From assembly GCA_965153285.1 (NCBI GenBank), contig OZ229121.1: 64,000 nucleotides of DNA. One strand, 5' to 3'. Within the stretch, counting starts at the first letter, position 1, and each line of letters opens with the position of its first letter. The stretch comes from Podarcis tiliguerta (lineage: Eukaryota). Below the pieces are notes generated by a model. The model made no database searches. It saw only the letters and a program-made list of their open reading frames with translations, and was not told the origin of the DNA. Shown piece after piece: positions 15,401-26,203 of the stretch. A program made the translations under genes and the position numbers.

Positions 15401-18400
15401 TTCTGCATTTTTTTCATGCTCCAGTTCCAAATATCGGCTGACCTGCTCCTCTATATCAGTTTCCAGTGCCTTCACCTGCTTTTGAAGGTAGTCATATTCT
15501 TTTTCTGCTTGCCGCTGCACCTCTATTTTTTCCTTCATGAGCTTTTCTGTTTCCGCCAGCAACTCTGTTTTATAAAGGCATCAGTTGTTGTTTCGGATAG
15601 GAATAGTTAACTCAGCCTATCAGAACAAATTCACTCCCAAAACAATGTATTCATGCTATAGTATAATAAAGGATGGAAATAGGTTTGGGTTTTACCAGAA
15701 TTATGTGGTATCTCTCAATAAAAAGAGGGAGGTATGGAAGGAAGATATCACAAAAAAGTCATACAAAACCCCAGAATGAAAGCTGAAACACTCTCAGTTT
15801 ACTTTAGGACACACCAATTTTAAGGATTAATCATGTACATGGGTCACCGTAACAAATCATAACTGCACATATTTCATTCAGTACTGGGGGAAATGTATGA
15901 TGGCATTAAAACCCAACTGTCTTCTCATCCAGTAGGACTGATCCAAGTTAACAAAAAAAATGGTCCATGAAATGGCACATACAACGTTTAAATGTGAAAA
16001 CACTATAGACCTTCACCTGGTGAGTTATAGAAAGGACAGCGAAGGAAATTTCTTACCTGCAACGGAGATTTTCTGTCATCGGTGTTGTGTTTAAACACCT
16101 TACTTCCCCCATCCCCTGCCCTTCATTTTTAAAAAAATGCTTTTCACGATGTGGGGAAATGCTAGCATATTTACGGCCTACAGTGGCCTACTGGAACAGA
16201 TTGCCTTCCAATGCCACTCCAGTCACATTGGATGTTGGAAGCCTTATTGGACTATCTGGTGACACTGATGCTTTCTGTGTCGGCAACACTCCTTCTGGGA
16301 TTTGGGCTACATTAACGTGAACAGGAGGCGCATTGTGATCTCTTCCCAGCAGAGCTAAGGCTTCCAATACACAGAGGGGACATGCTTAGTCAACTCCCAC
16401 TGAATTGGGCTCATCATGCACACATTTCCTAATATTTTGTATAGCCAAAAATAATATCAGGATAAACGCTTTATAATGTGATTCACCAGTATAACAGATA
16501 CAGATACTGCAATCACAAAATGCTTGTTGATTTTTTAAATGAGGAATACTGCAGAGTAATGGATTTATGGATAAGGATCTTTTATCATATAAATGAAAGA
16601 AAAAGGGGAAAAAAGTCACCAGATAGTGGCCATTTTGCATTACACAATACAGAATATTTGGGGACCATCATCTTACATCATGCTTGCTTGCTTAAACATC
16701 GTATGTCAATACAGAAGTCATATTTGGCAAAAGTATTATCAACCAATGTATTTGCAGTTTTAAAAGCAAAGTATTACTACTACCTGTGCTCGCAAACTAA
16801 TCGACTAAGATGATGGTTATTAAATGAATCTGCTTCACTTTACTAATGTATCGCACTTAGAAATTGTGAGCAACTGTTAAAAAGAAAGTTGTGAGTATGA
16901 AACACAGTATCAAAGCTGCAGCCCAGTAAAAGTTAATGTCAGTAAGCTGAAAGCCCAAAGAGAGACCATGATTAGCAAGTGTCAGTAGCTGTTAAATCTG
17001 CCACCCAATGAAAGATTGGCCATGCAATATACAAACACACCTGCTTGGGAAGCTGCATCGACTGCAGCATCTACTAGGCCTAGGAGAACAGAAAAAAAAA
17101 ACAAGAAGCAAAGTAATTCACATGCCATCTATAGCTTTCTTAAGGTGTAATACTGTATAAGAAAAATGAAGTTGAAGACAGAATGCTGAGTTCAGTGAAA
17201 ATGCCTGATGATGCAAGAAATGTGTCATTAATCTGTTAAGTACAATAGTTAAATGTTTTCCTACTATTTTAATGTGGAATATCCATTTATTTTTCTACAA
17301 AGTTTCGTGAACACACTATAGATGTTCCACTGAAAAGCTCAGGTAATATACCTGCTATTAAATGTACTGATTACTAGATTATTGCAATGTCCTAATCTTA
17401 ATAGTTTTACATGATACGTTTATTCAAACGTAATTAACTCACAACTACCTCTTTTGATCATTATTGCTTCTTCGGATTTTTTTTTTAAAATCTAAAACTT
17501 CACATGCTCCTTATAGAATAGAGATGATATTCTTAAGTGAACACCTTTAGCATGTCAATGTACTCTTTACAATAAACACTGTTCCAATAAGATGTCTCTT
17601 ACTGGGGGAAAAGAGGATTAAAACATTAATTTGCTTTATGAAGGCAAATATTAGTGGAACAAACACTTAAGCACATTAAACAAGCTTTGTGTCTTCTTTT
17701 TAGAAGCTATCCAGCAAAAAGGTAGGCACAACAGAATACAAAATTTAAAAAATTAGGGGTTTTGCTTCCTGAGCAGTTTCTTTGTGGGGGAAAAGAGACA
17801 GTATGAGTATTTTTATATAAAAATCAACTTATACACAATCTTCCTACTCATCAATTTCTAGCAATCATCTAGTGAATTGGAAAACTCTTCAATATCTATA
17901 CGTATTTCTCCAGTTACATTTAAATATTCTATTTTTTGGACAAATGCATTAAGGCTCATAAACATTGTGGTGTTATAGTTACAGTGTTGGGTTTAGGTAA
18001 AGGAAAGCCCATCTCAGCTCACTAGGTGGCCTTGGGTAAATAGAATAATTTAGGCTACCCTATTTCACAGAATTTAAAAGGTAAAACGTTGTTCTGAGTA
18101 TCTTGAAGGAAGAGGCAGCTGAAAACATAACTAATATATTTTAGCTGAAACAACATTCTGATTGGGTTGGACTAGATTACCCTTGGGGTTCTTTGCAACT
18201 CTACACTTATATGATTCCATGATTGCATCCTTATGTATGTTAGTGGGCCTAACCATAAACCCATGTGTTTTCACCTGGGGAAGATTCAATTCAGCTTCCC
18301 TATCTGATTGTAAATGCCTTCATCCTTTTGGAAATGTTACTAAGAAAAGGTACATGAATCCTTTGGGGTGAGGAGTTGGGTTGTTAAAGAGACCGAAAGC

Positions 18401-20600
18401 TGATATTGCGATAATAAGAGTTTGGATTGTTCTCTCAGTGGGAACGTGGCATCTATTGATATATGTGTGTGTGTTTCAAGATGGATTTAGACCCACCAAT
18501 ACTATTTTTAAAAAAAATATTTCTACAGGCATCTTAGCATGGTGCCCTTGTTCTCTGCTTAAGGCAAACTGGTGAATTTTTCATGTTTCTCAAAACCTTT
18601 TGCGAAGAAGGTAAGGTACTGTTGCACAGAAGTCAGCTGACCTGATAGGAAGACATACCCTCCCAACCAGTTTTACAAAAGTGAAAAATCTACTAAATAG
18701 TAACTGGTAAAACCAGAGAAGATCTTTGGAAGGCTGAGGGGAATACATACGTTGTTCTGCTGGTCCTGCATCAGCTTTCATAGCATCCTTTTGTCTGAAG
18801 AGTAACTCCTTCTCTTCTTGAAGCTGCTGTCTCTCAGCCTCTAGTTCCTGTAATTTGTTACCTGTACAGAGTAGCTCTTGCTCAAGATGGTCTATTGCAT
18901 CTGTTTTTTCCTGGATTTGCTCTTCCAGAAGTGATTTTTCATCTGCATAGCCATCAATAAGATCTTTAGGAACAAGAAAAATACTGAAATTAACCACAGT
19001 GATTTCCAAGCATATATTTCAAAGAAAAGAAAAGTTTTAGAAAACATGTTGACAACTCTGACCAGAATGTCAACAGCTGTTGAAATAAGTGGAAGAGCTT
19101 TATCCTATGTGATTGAACCTAGAATATTTTTTGCCTTCAATTTCAGTTTCACATTCCCAAAGTGCCATATATTTAATTAAATTTGTGAGACAGCTTCTTT
19201 ATGGGATGGCAACATGACTGTATGTCTGCATGCATGTCTGAGTGAAATGTATGCATGTGTGTATTTGACTGTCATGTTCACACATTCATAGGTGATGATG
19301 GGATTCAACACACCATCCGAACAGGCCTAAAGATCTTAAATTCAATAAATTCCAAAGAACCCTACTATGTTAGTGGGCATAACTACATACTAATAAAAGT
19401 TGCTTCAAGGTGTTCATTTATCTGTAAAGTGTTTGGGGGTGATGAATTTTTTCTAATAATTTTTTCCTGAAATTATGTATTAAAACTTCATAGACATAAA
19501 AATAGGTAGGTCTTAAAATGGTATGAATTCTACTAACCCACTTGTTAACTGTTCATATTTTTTTTTAAAATACATGTTTAATTTTCCAGCTGTTTTAACA
19601 GAATTAAAAAAAAATAGTAAATGCCTTTAATTATTTCAGAGGTTTTGCATATTGTATACAACAAAATGGGCTTTGTCTCAAACACCTTACAATGCCTGTT
19701 GAAAACACAATGGCTGCATTCACACAAGAATGCACAGATAGCTCCCACTTCACATCCTCCCCTGGCGGGAGCAACAAATCACAATTCCTGGCTTAGCGTT
19801 TCACTGAACAGCGGTCACTGTTCCGCTCCAAACTACCATGTGAGGGCAAGGTTTCTTTAGTATAACGTGTGACTCGGGCCCGTGTAGTTATGATAAATGC
19901 AATGTTCTCAAAAGGGACAATAATTAACAATATGCTTATACTGAATCTATTATTATTCTTAGGAAAATATAATTAACCAGAAGTTAGTCACCTGCCACAG
20001 TTTAATGCATCACTACTGCAAATTAGGCCAACGTGGGGTGTTTTTAACCACTGAATTTACCCCAGCATAAGATTTGTTGATTTATGAGCTCCCAGATTAG
20101 ATGCATCAATAAAAAGGTACTTCAACAAGTCTTCACATGTTAAGTTGGTTGTTTCATAGTTGAACAAACCTGAATTATGAGACTACAACGCCAGCAGTCC
20201 CTTAAAATGATAACGTGAAGATTTATGGACATGTAGATAATGTACCAACACCAAAACCTAACTCAGATGAAAGCCCATTTAGTATGTTATGCATAAAAAA
20301 GCATGTTTGGCAAGCCTTGGTATTTTGAGGGAACACAAACCTAAGGAACTTTATTGCCTCTTCACCAACACAAGAGCTAAACATTCCAAGTACTTTGCAG
20401 CATTATTTGCCCTTTCCCACACTTTAGTCCCACTGAATTTTCTACTGTCCTGAGTTAGATTTCTTGCAAACATGAGAGAATTTGAATTCCTGTACTTGAT
20501 TAGGATTCAAAGGAATACTTTAGTTATGTCCAAGGAGCTATACTAGTCTGGTGGATATTTTCCTTTTAAAAAGCTGATCCCCAACTTAAATCAACCATTG

Positions 20601-20647
<47 letters not shown>

Positions 20648-23600
20648 ACAACAGATATGCTTTTTGATGGTAGTGGTGGGGTGGGAGTGTTGATGCTAGG
20701 TACATGAAACAAGTTGGGCCCGTCTTTGAATCCCAATCTTTTTATTTACTTTCTGAAAGCCTATAAACTTGCTCTTTAAGTAACAGTGGCACCAGGATCT
20801 ACCAGCCCATGTCAGCCAAACTGATATACCAATGTATAGCTTATGCATCTGGTTACTTGTCCTAGGATGATATTACCATATTAAAAGCAAAATGGGCACG
20901 TCATAGGACATGTGGTGAAATGGGTGTTTTTTTATTAACAAAACCATTCAATACTATTCAACATAACTCAGGTGGTCAGAAAGGCCCAACAGAGACTTAG
21001 TTGGTCAGAAAGGCCCAACAGAGACTCCATTTCCTTAGGGTCTTGCGAAAGAATAATGTTAAACAACAGCTGATCAACTCCTTTTACTGGTCCACAATAG
21101 AAAGTGTCCTTTCATATTGTATCACAGTGTAGTATGCTGGCCTGACAACCGTGGACAGAAAGTCTCTACAGAGGGTGGTGAATACAACACATGATATCAT
21201 GGGCTGTCCCTTGAGTCCGCTAGATGACATCGCAAGGGATCGTTGCCTTAGGAGAACAAGAAAAATTATCAGGGATGACTCACACCCCGGCCATCACCTC
21301 TTTAATCTTCTACCCTCGGGCAGGAGATATAGATGTATAAACAGCCATACCAACTGGCTAAAAAATAGCTTCTATCCGTGGGCTGTTTGGCTGTTGAACA
21401 GAAAATAACATAGTGAAATTGACTTGCGAAGTGGTGTGTTGTTCGATAAGAGATTGAGTATTTGAGGGGGGGGGAGCTCAATTAATTTTATTGTACACTG
21501 GTTGTACAATGACAATAAAGGTATTATTATTATTACTATGTGAAGCAGGATTGTGTACATGTGCACATACTTTAGAGCTGTAGACACTACTTAACATGTA
21601 AAGAGGGTTTTAAATCTTTATGACAGGACAGAAGGCCATAATTTGGACAATTTTTTGTATGAGTGCACATTCATCATTGGAATTCTACCAAACGAGAAAG
21701 TTTGCAGTAACTTAAATCTGCCTTTTTTTGAAAATCAAGGTGACTAAACCAGAATTTAAAGGAGTTGGCTGCTGTAATGTCAGAGATTGTAAATACTGCT
21801 CCCAAGAAGCAGTCATGAATCAGATCTTTTTTTAAAAAAAATATGGCACTCAATTTCATGAGAACTGCCCAAGGGCACATTAGTAAATCACAAACCCTCA
21901 TTAGAAAGTAGTGTTTATCTTAAGGAAAAATGCAGTTCCACAGATTTCTTTTGACAAATTTTGCAAGCTTGATGAATACTGTTGTTTGCTTTGTTGTTTA
22001 TAAATAGTCTGAAGTAAAGTTATTTCTAGCACCATCCTATCAACATTTACTCAGAAGCAAGTCCTACTGAGTTCAATTAATCTTATTTTCTAGTAAATAT
22101 GTTTAGGACTGCAGCTTTAACACACACTTTGTTTGGTTTTTTGTGCTGCTGAAAGCAGCCAATAAGCAACACAAGAATACTTTTAAAGAACAATTCTAAA
22201 CATCAATTTTTTTAAGAAGCAAAGCACAATTATCCAAAAATTAAAATAATTTCTTTGGCTTTTAGTACAATGTAAGTAATCTATTTTTGTATCAGTCAGA
22301 ATTTATTTATTAAATGCCAATGTACAGCCTATTAAAGGACAGGTTCATATGATGATTTCTGTGAATGGTTCAGTGCTGCCAAATTCTGGCTCTTTGATTT
22401 ATCAACTAAATCATTGACCCATGACTCAAACACCTGTTGATTAATTCAAAGGCTCATTTAAAATCTAAGATCATATGCATTTCAAAGGAGAGCTGGCTGA
22501 AAAGTTGAAGTGCTGTAAAACAGAGGCCATCCACCAGCTATAACGTGACTTTCCTTGTATTTAATTTTTTTATAATTAGTTAACAAAAAAGTTGCTTAAG
22601 TTGAGCCCTAGTTTTTGAATCTTGCCTTTATGCCTTGCTCAGTAAACAGAACTTTTCACAGATAATCTGTGTCTTACCCTGCACTAATGTCTATTGAAAG
22701 AACGAGTACAATGGTGATAGGTTTCTATGGCAACGGACATCCTGTTATACAGGTTTAACAGATTCCGAATCATACACAAAATGTGATATTATGAGTAAAG
22801 AGCTCATTACTCCTACTGGTGGCATGCAAATTGAGAATATTCACAATGATGAAAGCGTCGTCTATAAAATACGCCAGAGTTGAACCAACCATGAAAACCC
22901 TCATTTTGCAATTTTCTCATCAATAAATGCTCGAGACACTGCTGCTGTCCATTACAGAACAAATGAATGATAATGATGGTCTTAGGATATAACCTTTAAT
23001 GTAGTTTAACTTGAAGCACAGGTTGAAAAGAAAGAGGTTAGATTATACATTGCAGAAGATTCTGAAATTCCTCTCCCCCTTATTTTCCCCTAACCTTTGC
23101 ACAAGATACTCATTTTTTATTTTATTCTTCATTTCTGCTCTCTGTCTGTCTGTTTCGCTTTGTGGCTGCTTTCCTTTCTCTCAGAGAGGTATGAATTAAT
23201 TTTGTTTTCTATTTGCTTGCACCTTCCTTTTCTCTATTGCTGAAAAAGAAGGATAATTTATCCATAACTACCTGAAAATTTGACATGGATTCAAGAGATC
23301 ACTAAATGAGTTGCTCTACGATTCTGGCATTTTTTGGGTGAAGAATGCAAATACTGCAAACACTGACAGAACGAAGAGAAAGGATTTGCTATGCCTTAAA
23401 CATTTAAAGCCTTATACAGCAGATGAATCATTACTTACTCTCTGCTTTGCTAAGCTCCAAAGCCAACTGCTCTCTAGCTTTAACCTCTCCATCAAGTCGC
23501 TCTTGCAATTCCTCCTGGCATCTGAGCAATTCAGTGGCTTCTTGTTCCTGTTTAAAGGACTCTCGGATCAATTCTGTCTGTGTAACTTTAGCATGTTCAA

Positions 23601-26163
23601 GCTGTGTGATAAGAGAATGAAAAAGGTTAAAGTGTGATGGTTTAAACAAATAACTGTTTACCCAGGTCTTATACTGGAAACTTGAAATTGTTGTGGAACG
23701 ATAAATAATCTGGAAAGGATCGGGCCCTTTCATTCATTTCTACAGACTTCTAAATTAGAGGTTTATTGGCCTTACACAATATGGTCAGTAAGATAAGTAA
23801 ATACCTGCACACCGCAGTATAATGAATCAGTGTCACATGACCATATCCGTGTCCAAGTGCCGGAACTTGACACTTCCTAGCTTACGTCAACTTATGAGAG
23901 GCTCATTTTAATGTTCATTACAAACTTTCCAGAACGTAATGGAATCCTCAGCGCATACTACACATATTATCTTTTGCTACAAATTTTATACGACAGTTCC
24001 TAATTAGGAGGGTTGAAAAGGAATGTGGAGCAATGGATTTCATGTTGCAAATAATAATTCTACTTCATAAGAAACTTTGGTGTTTTCCACCATGCTCAAT
24101 TAATACAACAAGACATATTACAGGGTAATATTTACTGTGCAACTCCCTCAGATCAAAGGTCGGAGAACCACAATGAAGCAGAAACAATGAACCTATAGGC
24201 AAGGTTCATTAGGTTCTAAAGCTCTTAAACACATATGAATTAGTACTTGAAGGGAGATGTTGTTTCCCATTGTATATTTTCCATCCATTGTTTAATTTGT
24301 GGAAATGTCACCTACTTAACTGACATAATTTTAAAAAACAAACATTGAAAAAGTTCATTTGCCCCCCCCCAAAGCAATTCATCTCAAAAACCAATAGCTC
24401 TGAGTCAAAAATCCTGCCTGTCTCTTTTGAATAAATCTTTGAGAAATGATGAAGAACCACCTGCTGTAATTATCAGACCAGAATCACAGTAGAGACTTGG
24501 GGGAAACAATATTTTTCAAGCCATGTGCTTAAGGTAAGTAAGGATATAGCATGACTTTACTTAGAATTTGTAAAAAAATAAAATTCTTAGCTCAGTTTAA
24601 CATGTGAAAAAGTTCAGAGTCTAGCTGTTAAGGGCAGGTAAGGCTGCTGACATTTCACGTGCTACTCAAATTACAAAATGACAAAACACATATTTGTTTA
24701 ACTGCAGGGAAGGAAAGAACCCACACCCATGTTTTTATACGTATGGTGAATGTGTTCACATATTATGTGTCTTGTAATACTATATTCCTCATAGAGCATG
24801 GCTTTATCAGGGAAAAAAAGCTCTTCTATTTTTATCAACTGTTTTAGCGTTAACAAAGCTAAGGTGGTTGTTGCTGGTTAACAATGAAGACATGGGCCAG
24901 CAAGCAAAATGTCAAGCAACCCATGCAAACAGAGTTCTAATGCTAAAGCTTCCTGCAGCACTATATACTTGGGGTTAATTTTTTTCTCACCCAGCAATGT
25001 GGCTTCGCTGTGTGGAAGGGCTCTCAAAATCCAAATAACTGCTGTCTGGGTGATGACAGCTGCACTCATGGAGAACTTCTAGTTTCCTCCACCACCATCC
25101 CAGGCAAGGGGAGAAATGTTATTTAGGTATTCCAGCCCCATCACTAAATCTAAAGGCAGCAAAACTATACCAATATATAGAAAGAGACAGAAGTACACCT
25201 CACAGTACAGGTCTCAAGTCACCTAAGTCTGCGTACATATCATACATTTAAAGCACAGGAGTCCCCCCCCCCCCCAAATCCTGGAAACTGTAGTTGATTT
25301 GGGGGGGCGGGGAGACACGTGCTTGAAATGTGCTTCAAATGCATAGTATGCACAAAGCCTCAGTCAGCACATTGTGCCAAAACACAAAATAATATTCCTA
25401 AAGGTTATTTAAATTGTACTAAAGATTTCTCTATGCTTTGATTACATGGCAGATAACTATACTTAGCATTATCGAAAATTCGCAGGTGCATTTTACAGAA
25501 TATACTATTGCATCTTAGTTTAAGTATGCATTTGATATATCTTATTAGAAAGGGACATTAGTATTTCCATTACTTTCTGTTTCTCCACTCTACACTGAAG
25601 CATGGCCAAATTAAACTATTCACTACTAAAGCAGCACATGCAACACATTGCCCAATGTGGGCATTTGATCTTCATTTTGTCACGTGCTTCCTATTATGTA
25701 TTATAACAATGCTGCATTCAGCTTTGGGTGCAAACAGAACCATACATTCATTGGAAAAGGTTCTTATATTAATAAAGTATGCTTTTTGCTAGTTTGCAAA
25801 TATATTTTACTAAAAGGCATGGAGGGGGGGGAATCAAATAAAATCAAATAAACAAAGAGAATAAATGTGATTGTTAAATAATAGCTAGATATACTACGTG
25901 GCTCAGATACACTGCTATCATATCTTAGATTTAAGTGGTAAGCACTAAAATAACAGATACCTACAAATATGTTACATCTGCGCCTGCTTTATAATGTCAA
26001 TACTGGCACTGTATGCTGAATTCAATTCTACTGTAGTGTCAATAATTTAAGAAAAAAAGTTATATTAACTTTGTTTACAAAATAAAAAACTGCTTTAGAT
26101 ACAAAAATATTATCAAGTACAGCATATAGATAAAAACTTTCCCGTTACCATTTCTGCCAGCAT

Positions 26164-26203
<40 letters not shown>

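Noticed and set aside
24878-25069. 63-aa ORF MSAAVITQ...
   Set aside because: No clear splice sites or homology; it would fall in the putative 3' UTR of the alternative last exon.
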